A DNA stretch of 63,758 nucleotides, the filler included, from Globobulimina sp. (lineage: Eukaryota): assembly GCA_003354225.1 (NCBI GenBank). It is 17 parts of 17 records of this genome, joined end to end, with 100 filler letters (N's around TTAATTAATTAA, not from the genome) between each part and the next. Parts side by side here need not be neighbours in the genome. Positions count along the whole stretch, not along the records: positions 1 to 3,659 come from PIVH01002304.1; positions 3,760 to 7,418 come from PIVH01002305.1; positions 7,519 to 11,177 come from PIVH01002306.1; 14 more parts are not named here. One strand, written 5' to 3'. The position numbers and the translations under genes are program-made. The notes under the pieces were generated by a model, which had not been told where the DNA came from, searched no databases, and saw only the letters and a list, made by a program, of their open reading frames with translations. Positions 1 to 10,632 of the stretch are shown piece by piece (within the stretch, counting starts at the first letter, position 1; every line of letters begins with the position of its first letter).

Positions 1-285
1 GGAGTTGCCGGAGTTTTTAAGACCAAAACCAATCGAAGGATTGGACTGAGTCTTTTATGCTTTCATATTTTATCATTTTTTTCCATTTTTTTCCATTTAT
101 TTTTTTTTCTTTTTTTTTGTTACTTATAAATTGTGATGATAAGCGTCAGCAGTTTTATTTTGTTTTGTTTCGTTTTTAGTTGTTCTACAATTTTGCTGCT
201 CAGTTTTGTTTAATTGTTGAACGTACAGAAAATAACAAATGTTTATATTTCTGTTGCCATTTTGTTTTGTTGATAGGAAACAACG

Positions 286-3200
286 CTAATATGACTCATA
301 ACATTGAATACATTTTCCATTTTCAAATATATGTGCTTTCTCAGGATCAAAACATGTGATTTGGCGATTAATATATTTAGACATAGCTGCAAAAAAGTTA
401 TGGCAATCACGGCACATTTTCATTGTTATTGTTACCGACAAATTGATATTGACATCATCATTTTTGTGGCATTCCAATATGGTCAACGCTTTCTTTTCAG
501 CATGGTATTTTAAATGTTGTTCTCTTACATTTATATTCATCAATGAACCGTTACAAACTGAATTATCAATCTTATAATTACTGCGGAACATTAATTTATT
601 AATTTTATCAATTGAGTTGAATTTGCATTCATTATCCATGCCATTTTGTATTAAATGATATTTATTCTCCTTATATTTAAAAAAAGCCACCATATTGGAA
701 TCTATGTCTGTTATATCTGCATTATTTAATATATTGGACAAATTATTTTGTAACTCGTCATCATATTTAATCGCAGAACGTAATAAACAGATAAATTGAT
801 ACAAATTTAGGTTATTAATGTCAAATAAGTTTGTTGTTTTATTCTCAAGTTTGTATATTATACAGTTTGTATCATTTCTACTGTCATAATTTGTGCATTT
901 CTTATTAACATTATTGTAATGTCTGCATAATGAACATGTCGATAAATATTTATTTTGTTTAATTATGTTCATTAATTTGTGCAAGTTATGAGTGTTTGTT
1001 TCGTACTGCAACATGACATTCAATGCATCCATATTATGCTCATCGATATGATCCATATTTAATATTAATATGACCATATCATAGAAAATAAACATTTCCT
1101 TTGATTTATTTAATATGTCCAAACCTGTCAATATTTGACAAAACGGAGTTGGATTAATGTTTGAAATTGATTGTAATTCATTTATTAATAATGCATCTTT
1201 CTTTAAGTCTGATAGTAATTTGTTGAAAATATTAATTTCTTTACCATTTGTGCCATATTTTGAGAATGCTAATATTGCAATGCAATAACAATTTAGGTTT
1301 GGTTTAATATCCAATTTATTTACAAGTAAATTCCATACATTACAAAGATTAAAATTATGATTTTTATTATGTTTGAAATATTCATTCATTTTATCAATAC
1401 ATAAAATCAATAATTTCAAACTCTGACAATCAAATATTTGGCGCATTGCATTATTATTTGTATATTTTGAGATAATATGATTCCAAATATTTTCGGCATT
1501 TTGAGGTTGTCCAAAATGTAACAAACATTCAAACAATGAATTCAATAAAAAGGTTCCATTTCCATTTAATATTAGTTTATTTATATCAATATCTAATTCA
1601 TTACAATATTCATTATAAAAATTGGACGCTTTTTCATTCAAACCATTCGATATTAACACATTCATTATGTAAATGATACTAAATACATTTATGTCCCCTT
1701 TAAACACATTTATCGCATTGTTCGTATCTCCAAATTTACCATAAAATTCTATCACTTTACATTGCAAATCATGGCCCATAATATTTGCATTTATTCCTTC
1801 ATTAATTATAAATGTTTTGCCGATTTCAAAAAATGGGAACTTATTTGATTCAATAAAGGCATTCAATAAAATAGAATATGTTCTATGATTTGGCATTATA
1901 TTTGTTTCGTTTTTCAATGAAGCAAATAAGTTTAAAGCTTTTTCGATTTCCCCATTACGGCCATATGCGTTCATCATAGCGTGCCATGTTTCAATTTCAT
2001 TCAAATGTTTGTTATCCATTTCATTAAATATATTGTTACAAATATCCAATTTATTGAACTGGCCATACATATTTATTAATGATATTTGAACATTCAAACT
2101 GTTCAAAATCCATTGATAATCTCCATTGTTCTGTAATGTTTTATGTATTTGTTGAGCAAAAGTGACTGCATTTGAGCGAGTACATGCTTTTAACAACAAT
2201 GTAAAGGTTACATTATCCGCAGCAAAATTATTATTAGCCATAGAGTCTTTGAATAATTGTATGCAGTCAAAATATTGTTTATTCACATTATAGGCATTAA
2301 GCATATTATTAATACATTCAACGTTTTTGTCTTTATTTGGAATGGCATTAAATGTGTTTATTGCATTATTAATGTCACCCATTTTCGCATAAAATTGAAT
2401 ATATGTATTTAATAACTCGATGGTATGATTTTGACCAACATTTTGTTCAATTATTTGTTTTCCATATTGATAGCAATTCATTCTGATACAGGTTTTGATT
2501 GACAATAACTGCAATGTATGATTACAATGGGATTTATGATATTTTTTATATAAAGATATCACATTTTCATTGTCATTGTTTTGAAGACAATATTTCATCA
2601 TAACACCAATGAAAAATCCGTCTTTATCGGCATCAGAAACGGAATTAAAAATGTCCCAACAATGCTGAACATGATTAAATTTACCATAAAATTCAAGCAA
2701 ATATGAACATAATTGAATACCATAGGTTTGGTGAGTATAATTTATGTGCTGTTGGATTATATTTTGTCCATATTCAAAACTATTAATAGCAACACATGCT
2801 TTTAAAGAAAGAATATGAGAGATTTCATCATGTAGTGGCTCATATTGTTGATACAATGATAACGCCATATTGTGTTCATTGTTGATTAAATAAGCTTTAA
2901 TCATCGCATTTAAACACATTGCATTTACGTTATATTTGGGAATGGACATAAATACATTCAACGCATTATCAATGTCGTCAGATTTTGAATAAAAATGAAT
3001 CAATGTGCTGTTTAATTGAATGCTATGCTTATTTTGCAATTGCTCAATTATTTGCTTTCCATAGTCATAGTCATTAATATTGATACAAGCTTTCAATGCT
3101 AAAACATGCGATATGTCATCATAAGTATGCAATGGTTTATATTTCCGGTATAATAGCAAGGCATGTTCATTGTTATTATTTTTAACCAATGAGTTTATGA

Positions 3201-3659
3201 TACAATTTACAAAAACAGTGTTCTTTTTTGTATCTGGCACAGAGTGGAATATTTGCAATGCTGTGTCTATATCTTTATATTTATTATAGAAATCAATATA
3301 CGTACATAATAGATGAATACTATGAGTTTTATGCTTATATTTATTAATGATTTTATTGCCGTAATCAAAATTATTTGATTTTGTGCATGCTTTAATGGCG
3401 AATATCTGCGTAATGTCATTATTTAATGAATGATATTGTTGATGCAGTAACAATGCATTGTCATTCTCGTTGTTGTGAAGATAACATTTCATCATACAAC
3501 CAATACAGATGATATTTTTTTGTTTACTTGGAATAGAATTAAATATTTTTAATGCTTTTTGTGTTTCATTGAGCAATGAATATGAATTAATTAAAGCAGT
3601 GGATAGTGATACATCATTGTTGTACTTTTGTAGACATTGTAAGATTTGGACATATTTTC
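286..3659 (-). CDS. PLS-type pentatricopeptide repeat protein with C-terminal DYW-like cytidine deaminase domain (5' partial)
   Basis: Tandem PPR triplets of ~100 aa. The C-terminus has YHAEKKAL...MKMCRDCHNFF...AHIFENGKCIQCYESY, matching the plant DYW pattern HSEKLA...RVCGDCH...FHHFKDGxCSCGDYW. The frame stays open to the contig edge. Confidence 0.9.
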
Positions 3660-3759
3660 NNNNNNNNNNNNNNNNNNNNNNNNNNNNNNNNNNNNNNNNN
3701 NNNTTAATTAATTAANNNNNNNNNNNNNNNNNNNNNNNNNNNNNNNNNNNNNNNNNNNN
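3660..3759. other. Artificial contig spacer (N44-TTAATTAATTAA-N44), first of 16
   Basis: Identical 100-bp spacers also at 7419-7518, 11178-11277, 14936-15035, 18694-18793, 22451-22550, 26208-26307, 29965-30064, 33721-33820, 37477-37576, 41233-41332, 44988-45087, 48743-48842, 52498-52597, 56253-56352, 60006-60105. The core gives stops in all six frames. Contig lengths fall steadily from 3659 to 3653 bp. Confidence 0.99.
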
Positions 3760-3878
3760 GAGCCAAAGTGAGATGTCAGCCAATGAGAGACGCGCGTTTG
3801 CGATGACACACTGTTTGACGGCAGACCGGACAACTGAAAAGGCAACTACCACAAAACAAGTCGGTAATCTACTTTTAT

Positions 3879-5413
3879 ATGCGAGACGCGTTTAGATGTA
3901 TGGATGTCACAAAAATGTCAGACATATGCAGTTTAAATGATGACTGTCTTTACCATTTATTTAATTCATTGTACAGTGTCGAAAGTATAATAAGACTTGG
4001 TAGAAGTTCAAGAAGATTTTATGCATTTTCTAAGAGGAAGAAGGCATGGAATCATTTTCAATCTCTTTTTCTGTTTTCCAACGAATTTATCAGTAATCCT
4101 CCTTTGCTAACTACTGTTTTGGATAATGTCACGTCCGTCGATAAAGTCGTCATATCCTTCAATACGGACTATTTTGAAATGATGGACCAACAAGTTGACT
4201 TGCATCCACTTAAGGATTATGTTTCTATGCTTGTCCATCCCAAATTGAAACCATCCGTTTTGTCCATCTATGCTCTTGGTGAAGTGGTTGAAGATAGAAC
4301 ATTTCGATCCATAATAAAATATGTTATTAATCAAAGTTCACCAAGTATCAAAAGTTTATGTGTAAGGATCATCAAATTAGACGAATTGGGATTGGATGCC
4401 AGATACAATACAAAGCGTTTGGGTGACATGTTTTGTAAATATATTCGCGATAAAAACCATTTTCCGATATTGCAACATTTATCACTTTCCCTTGACTACT
4501 ACGACTTGATTCCAAATACACTGAACTGTAAGTGTAATTATTAGTATACTATCAATTCAATACATTGTTAATGTAATTTTCAGTTATGTACCTTCGTCCA
4601 ATGGTAAAATTATGTTTACGTAAAGTATGGGGTGCTCTAGCAGCTAACATACATGATGTTTTGGTCAGTTTGCAACATATATCAATTATCGACTGCCCAC
4701 AAATGTCTTTGTCTGATTTACTTGCATGTACTCGTCATGGCCATGTTTTATCCTGCCGGACCATTTCATTCCGTTTCGGCAATGGCGATGATTTGAGTTC
4801 TTGTTTGCAATTTGTCAAATGTTGTCCCGATTTGGAAAACGCAAAATTTGCTTTTGATGCGATGTCAACAGATTGTGAATGTCTTGATGATGTGGGAATG
4901 GAACCAAAAGAGGTAGCACACTACTGTCAGAAATTTTTGTTACTTTTCATTAAAATTCATCAAAGCTTACATGAAATTTAATGGAAGATTCGATTTAATT
5001 TAACAGTGGGAGCTATTATAGATTAGGGGAGTGAGTAGCTGTTATCATTGGACTGCTGAATCATAAGCAACAATGAAATCGAAATACCATACCATACATG
5101 CCCATGTATGATATTTTCGAAATTCTATTATAGTTGTTGGTAGTATATACATAATAATTTTTAGATACTGCGATGTCTGAGGTCACTATGTACATATCTG
5201 ACTAAGAAAATGATTGGAACAGAAATTTGGATAACTTACAATGACGACACAAGTGAAAATTGGTTTTATGATTTGAAGAAAGGTATAGTATCCCTCAGTA
5301 GCGATATCGATGATGACGGATATATGGACGGTTTCACAGTTTTTTTAAATGATTACGTTACTATATGTTATTGTAATGTTTACAGTAGCACACTGTGTAC
5401 TAGCTTATATTAG
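3879..5413 (+). CDS. F-box-like / degenerate LRR protein, probably spliced
   Basis: N-terminal F-box-like segment (SLNDDCLYHLFNSL...IIRLGRSSRRF). A GTAAGT...CAG intron near 4528-4583 links ORFs 3879-4544 and 4586-4981. The downstream exon structure is uncertain. Confidence 0.45.
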
Positions 5414-5646
5414 TAATAGGTGTGTTTGGTCAGCCTCCATGTATTTTTATGTTGTAAGTACATATTGTACTGTATAAATGCTCTTCTATTTATTGTAAAT
5501 GTACATACTCTAATGCTCTTCTATTTATTACTGTACTGATATTTTTGATACATGGACAACTGTAGTATTACTTATGATGATTTCGATTTGGGCCATTTTC
5601 TATTTGGGCCAAACACGTTATATTGATAGCTCATCAAATGTCCGCT

Positions 5647-5710
5647 GGAGCCGCACAAATTTGGTAGTGGAGCCGCATGCGGCTCCGGAGCCGCATTTTG
5701 CCCACCACTG
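5647..5710 (-). mobile_element. hAT/Charlie-like DNA transposon terminus
   Basis: The minus strand reads CAGTGGTGGGCAAAATGCGGCTCCGGAGCCGCATGCGGCTCC, resembling hAT-Charlie termini with subterminal palindromes. No partner end was found. Confidence 0.55.
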
Positions 5711-5711
5711 T

Positions 5712-5812
5712 CGTAATCAGATAAAAATAGCGCCAATACCGTAATCACATCAAAATAGCTACAATACCGTAATCAGATAAAAATAGTGTCATTACCGTAA
5801 TCACATCAAAAT
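5712..5812. repeat. 28-bp tandem repeat, ~4 copies (TACCGTAATCAGATAAAAATAG / TACCGTAATCACATCAAAATAG)
   Basis: Directly visible as two alternating unit variants. Confidence 0.85.
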
Positions 5813-6150
5813 ATCGTTATCGATTAATTTTGTGATCAGACCTAAAAACAGATACCGGCATTAGATACTGTATAGTTTTATTTTTATGGAGATCATTTAC
5901 AGAGAAGTTAATAAATATTCGATAGTATAACAATTGGATCGATTTGCTCAATGTTTCATTTTATTTGTTTGTAAATTATTGTACTGTATGCCACGCTCTT
6001 TCTCTTAAACCGACAGTCCGTCTGTATAAATGGACATTTATGTATTTTATTATGCTATAAGATTTAAATCACAAAAATAACAGTTTATAAAATTATTGGC
6101 ACTTATTGGCTGGCACACACCGGTCAAATTTGAGATTTGGCAACAATAAT

Positions 6151-6460
6151 TCAATGTTCATTGTCTTCATCATCTTCAATTACCATATCGAGACTTATTG
6201 TTTGGTATTCATCAACTTCAAATTCATTCTCTGCAATGTTCCCTTCATTCATTTCCTTTCGATGTTGTTGTAACTGTTTTCCGTCAAATTTAGTATCGGT
6301 AGGCGAAAACTCTATCATGTCATCTTCGCAACCATTGATATCAGTTGATAGACCACACTTCTTAAAGGAATTCCTGATGACGTCTTCTGGCACTTTAATC
6401 CATGCTTTTTGAAATTCATCACACATTGACATGAACGCATCTGCGTCTGAAATATCTATG
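6151..6460 (-). pseudogene. C-terminal fragment of a pogo/Tigger (DDE_1) transposase-like protein
   Basis: AWIKVPEDVIRNSFKKCGLSTDINGCEDDMI resembles the pogo-family C-terminal motif (AW..I....I..SFKKCGIS...DGSEDD.I) followed by an acidic tail. The catalytic core is absent. Confidence 0.6.
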
Positions 6461-6530
6461 TATGTACGGTATGTCAATTTATATAAAATATTTCGAAAAT
6501 ATCGAAGAATATACAATTTATGCACATAGT

Positions 6531-6906
6531 GTCACGAGTAATATGGCGGAATGGCCGATTTGGGGGGTAATCCCCCATCCCCCTACCATACATATGGGTA
6601 CCGGCGGTACACAGGTACTATATTTGGGGGGTGACCCCCCATCCCCCTACCATACATATGAGTACCGGCGGTAGACAGGTACTATTATTATTTGGTACCA
6701 TACTTCAAACTTATCACGAGTAATATGGCGGAATGGCCGATTTGGGGGGTGATCCCCCATCCCCCTACCATACATATGGGTACCGGCGGTACACAGGTAC
6801 TATATTTGGTACCATACTTCAAACTTGTCACGAGTAATATGGTGGAATGGCCTATTTGGGGGGTGATCCCCCATCCCCCTACCATACATATGGGTACACA
6901 GGTACT
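6531..6906. repeat. ~115-bp GC-rich tandem repeat, 3 copies plus one internal partial copy
   Basis: TCACGAGTAATATGGCGGAATGGCCGATTTGGGGGGT(A/G)ATCCCCCATCCCCCTACCATACATATGGGTACC recurs at about 6532, 6714 and 6828, with a partial copy near 6623. Confidence 0.92.
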
Positions 6907-7270
6907 CATAGGTGTAGTTGGTCAACATCGCTGGGGGGGAGGGTAAGCCTTGCCCGATTGCCCTCCAGGTGTGCCCGATTTGCCAAAAATCGATGGGGGG
7001 GCTAAAATGACTATTTTTCGCTTTTTTTGACGTCTAAACTGATTTTTACAGTTAAATTTCGATATAATAAGAAGCCTAGACTACTTGTTAGTGGTTTAAA
7101 ACAGTCTTTCATAGGTTTTTAGACCAAAAAAATCGAAATTTCAGAGGTTTTCAGACCAAAAAACTAGTTGGCCCGACCAGCCTTGCCCTGGGGGGGGGTC
7201 TTGCCCGATGGGTATGGGATTGACCATGTTCGGGGGGTAATCCCCCCCATCCCCCCCAACTACACCTATG
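6907..7270. mobile_element. MITE-like element with 15-bp terminal inverted repeats
   Basis: CATAGGTGTAGTTGG (6907-6921) is the exact reverse complement of CCAACTACACCTATG (7256-7270). The interior has G/C runs and repeated TGCCCGAT motifs. No target-site duplication was seen. Confidence 0.6.
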
Positions 7271-7520
7271 CATATATGGTAACTGTTACCATAAATTGTT
7301 ATTTTGGCCTAAATATGGCTGTTTTCGAAAGAATTTTACGATTTTCGGTTAAACGATTTAAATGAAGCATCCAGCTCTTTAAGAATCATGAAGCAATATA
7401 AGCTAATAAGCTAGTAAANNNNNNNNNNNNNNNNNNNNNNNNNNNNNNNNNNNNNNNNNNNNTTAATTAATTAANNNNNNNNNNNNNNNNNNNNNNNNNN
7501 NNNNNNNNNNNNNNNNNNAC

Positions 7521-8789
7521 AACAATTTAATTTTAACCAAGTCGCATCAATATATGATTACAAAGCGTGTGAAACGTATCAAAGCCAAAAAAGCATCTTT
7601 CTGGAAAGCAATGCGTGATTATAATATTGAGTGTGGATCAGCGGTATCAGAGTCGCATATTATTGCTATAATACTTTATTGCGATTTTTCCGAATTGTCT
7701 GCTTGGTTCAGTGCGACCTTTCGTCGTTTGCAGCCATTGGAGTCGGTGGAAAGTGTGAAACAAAGAAATAAAAAGTATTATTGGATGAGCAAAATGTTGA
7801 GAGAAGTTGTTGAAGTTTATGGGCAAACTTGTCCTGATATATCAGGCCCGTTTTATACAGGAATGGCTTTTGTAGCGGTAATGCCGGCATTTAGTATGCG
7901 ATTAAATGGGCCCACATCAACCACAAAACAATGGGAAATATCGTGTAACTTTGCGGAAAATAAGGGGATTATCATACAATTAAACAACGTTTATTATGGG
8001 CAACAACAACGCTTTTTCGATGTTTCTTGGATCAGTACATTTTTTGAGGAAGACGAACGATTCACTTTTTCCGGTTCGTTCGCTTTGCAAATAGAGTCTG
8101 TTACGAATACTATGACAAAACAGAATTTTCAAGTTTTTTTCAAACCTTTATTTTACTTCGATTGTGTTCTTTGTGGGGCGAGTTTGAATGAGACGCATGA
8201 ACTGACTCAGACAGATATATTTACATTGTCGTCATTGGTGAACAGAGAAAATGTGGATGATATCGACAAATACATTATAGATACATTTGATATGTTTTGT
8301 TTGAATAAACAAACAATTACCATCAACATGCAATGGATTGATACTTTTTGCCCAAAGGAGGTACAAAATATGTTGTTCCATTCAATAAAAGCAGTTGATT
8401 CATTCAATGATTGTCAATTAGCAAAAGAAGTCGATTGCAACATACTACGCCTGGAGATTTTTAACATGTTTGACAATTTACAGAATATAATTATTTATTC
8501 AACCAATCCAATCCAAGATACATCGTATCCATTTTCCATATCTGCATTATCAGAATCATTGAAGAAGTCAGAATCTGTGATCAATGGCAATAAGATACAA
8601 TGTATAATAAATGGAGTATGGAAAGATAAATTGAAGAAGGATGGTGCGCGCAGTTGGTTGTTTGATGAGTATTCGAATTCATCATCATCACAGAATTCAA
8701 ATTCATTCTCATTATCATTGAGGAGCTATAAAGATAACAGTGGTTTTTTTGGATTTTATAATGATACATTGACAATTTCATTATTGTAA
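7521..8789 (+). CDS. ADP-ribosyltransferase-like domain protein (5' partial)
   Basis: IILYCD helix followed by FYTGM, PTSTT and FEEDER, in the order of the R/H-STS-ExE motifs of ART enzymes. The frame is open from the contig edge. Confidence 0.55.
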   Translation, partial: NNLILTKSHQYMITKRVKRIKAKKASFWKAMRDYNIECGSAVSESHIIAIILYCDFSELSAWFSATFRRLQPLESVESVKQRNKKYYWMSKMLREVVEVYGQTCPDISGPFYTGMAFVAVMPAFSMRLNGPTSTTKQWEISCNFAENKGIIIQLNNVYYGQQQRFFDVSWISTFFEEDERFTFSGSFALQIESVTNTMTKQNFQVFFKPLFYFDCVLCGASLNETHELTQTDIFTLSSLVNRENVDDIDKYIIDTFDMFCLNKQTITINMQWIDTFCPKEVQNMLFHSIKAVDSFNDCQLAKEVDCNILRLEIFNMFDNLQNIIIYSTNPIQDTSYPFSISALSESLKKSESVINGNKIQCIINGVWKDKLKKDGARSWLFDEYSNSSSSQNSNSFSLSLRSYKDNSGFFGFYNDTLTISLL

Positions 8790-8963
8790 TGAAACCATCT
8801 ATATTAAAGTAATAGAACTGCTTGATAATAATATTTTTTTTTGTTGATAATTGAAAGGTTTTCACAGAATCGAACATGATTGTCTGCCATGGTGCTAACT
8901 GAAAAAAACTCTAACATGCTCGAAACTTCTTGAAATTTCAACTGATACTTCTCCTATCTAATT

Positions 8964-10115
8964 ATGAAACGAATATTGTCTACTAACTCAAAAAAAAGAA
9001 AATATGCATTTGATATGATCCACAAAATACCAACCAAAAACATTCATCACTCATTAAATTATCGCCCTCGCATTATCATTCCATCACAATCTGCATTACA
9101 CAATAAACTGTCATTGTATCGACTATTCAAAACATCGCAATATTTCCAACATATTGCCATCAAACAAAAGGTAATATCCCCAATGCCAAACACAAAGAAA
9201 CGCAAAGTATCCATTGATTCCCTCAAAACTATAAAAGGCGAACATTACAATGACACGGAATGTCATATCTGTAATGTCTGTTTCCCATCAACTTATCAAG
9301 CGGAGGAGCATGTGGCAAGCAACAAACACTTAAAAAAAATGCTGGAACATCATTCCAATTGTTTCCAAACTGAATGCATTTACTGTAACGTTGAATTTTC
9401 TGTTTCCACTTCAAAAACAAATCATTTATCGAGCACTGAGCATCATTCTGTTATTAAACTAATATTAAAACAACTAAAACCATCCGGATCCATAATGCCA
9501 ACCACTCCAAATTCGAATAAGTCCGTTGTAGCAACACAGCATTTGAGTACAAAGCATATTTGCGTTAAAGGTGTAAAAAATATACATTACACTGATACAC
9601 ATTGCGCTGTTTGTGACATATCATTCGACTCAAATAATTCGCACAACTTAACCCAGCATTTAAATGGAAGCAAACATATAAAAAATATATTAGCAGTTTA
9701 TAGTGGCAATTATGAGAATAAATGTATTTATTGCAATGCGCTCTGCAATACTCCACAATTAAAACATAGCCATATGTCATCAAACAATCACACCGATTTT
9801 ATAAATGCAATGATTGCAGAAACACAGACGAAATCTGATGACAATGAATGGATTATATCATTGGAAGAATGCAAGAAACGAATAGGAAATGTATCAAATG
9901 TCAAGAAAAAGAAACAGATTCCCACTCAAACAATGAGTGCAACGCGAATAAGAAAAGCAATCAGAGATTGTTATGATGACCGTTCTGTGGAAAGCATTGA
10001 TAAAAAACTAAGTTTATTGCAAAAATTATATCAATTGGTTATAACGGCATGCCACGTGGATGCAATGACGATGATTTCCCGTGGGGTAAAAAAGAGAAAA
10101 ATTCAAACATTATAA
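8964..10115 (+). CDS. Protein with four U1/matrin-type C2H2 zinc fingers; C-terminus possibly chimeric
   Basis: CHIC..H.....H, CIYC..H.....H, CAVC..HLNGSKH and CIYC..H.....H, plus KKRK nuclear-localisation-like motifs. The last ~30 codons overlap the dCMP deaminase frame. Confidence 0.8.
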   Translation: MKRILSTNSKKRKYAFDMIHKIPTKNIHHSLNYRPRIIIPSQSALHNKLSLYRLFKTSQYFQHIAIKQKVISPMPNTKKRKVSIDSLKTIKGEHYNDTECHICNVCFPSTYQAEEHVASNKHLKKMLEHHSNCFQTECIYCNVEFSVSTSKTNHLSSTEHHSVIKLILKQLKPSGSIMPTTPNSNKSVVATQHLSTKHICVKGVKNIHYTDTHCAVCDISFDSNNSHNLTQHLNGSKHIKNILAVYSGNYENKCIYCNALCNTPQLKHSHMSSNNHTDFINAMIAETQTKSDDNEWIISLEECKKRIGNVSNVKKKKQIPTQTMSATRIRKAIRDCYDDRSVESIDKKLSLLQKLYQLVITACHVDAMTMISRGVKKRKIQTL

Positions 10116-10387
10116 ATACAAAATATCCATTTGTTGTACACAGTGAGGCAAATGCCATTTTAAATGCAAATGGTACATCAGTCAATGGATGTACGATGTA
10201 TGTTACATTATTTCCATGTAATGAATGTACAAAATTAATAATTCAATCGGGTATCTGCGAGATTGTATATCTAGATGATTATAACGATATTACAACAAAA
10301 ACTGCGTCATTGCGAATGCTACAATCGGCTGGCGTTACTATTAGGAAATATAAACAGACGTATAGATTACTTACTTTTTTACTTTGA
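10022..10387 (+). CDS. DCTD: dCMP deaminase lacking its N-terminal ~30-40 aa
   Basis: KIISIGYNGMPRGCNDDDFPW...KYPFVVHSEANAILN...YVTLFPCNECTKLIIQSGI carries the HxE and PCxxC zinc motifs. An in-frame TAA at 10001-10003 lies upstream and the usual RSKDP..VGACIV segment is missing. Confidence 0.9.
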   Translation, partial: KIISIGYNGMPRGCNDDDFPWGKKEKNSNIINTKYPFVVHSEANAILNANGTSVNGCTMYVTLFPCNECTKLIIQSGICEIVYLDDYNDITTKTASLRMLQSAGVTIRKYKQTYRLLTFLL

Positions 10388-10632
10388 CCAAATTCTCCAT
10401 GTCCATGGGTTAAGTGGATTGAAGAACTTGCGCCTTTTGATTTCTTTATATGGTGCGACTGTTTCAAAACGAACTGGGATCTTACTGCCACGTAGCGGCA
10501 TTTTTACACGACCCTATGTCATGGGTACTCTGTTTGTATAAAGCGGGGGATTCGTAGTGGACGCGTCTGTTTCAGTACTCATCTTTATAATAATGTATAT
10601 AAAATTAAAATTTTGTTTGTCTTATAGTAAAC

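Noticed and set aside
2-49. Plus-strand gene end (ELPEFLRPKPIEGLD-stop)
   Set aside because: It is plausibly a real C-terminus but too short to identify.
5712-5812. Mini-CRISPR
   Set aside because: The variable parts are only about 6 bp, so this is a minisatellite.
6531-6906. CRISPR array, or the repeat-derived ORFs 6462-6674, 6688-6909 and 6692-6946
   Set aside because: Whole units repeat with no unique spacers and there are no cas genes. The ORFs are translations of the satellite.
9995-10030. Canonical programmed -1 frameshift joining the zinc fingers to the deaminase
   Set aside because: There is no X XXY YYZ heptamer in the zero frame, and the deaminase would still lack its N-terminal helix and strand.
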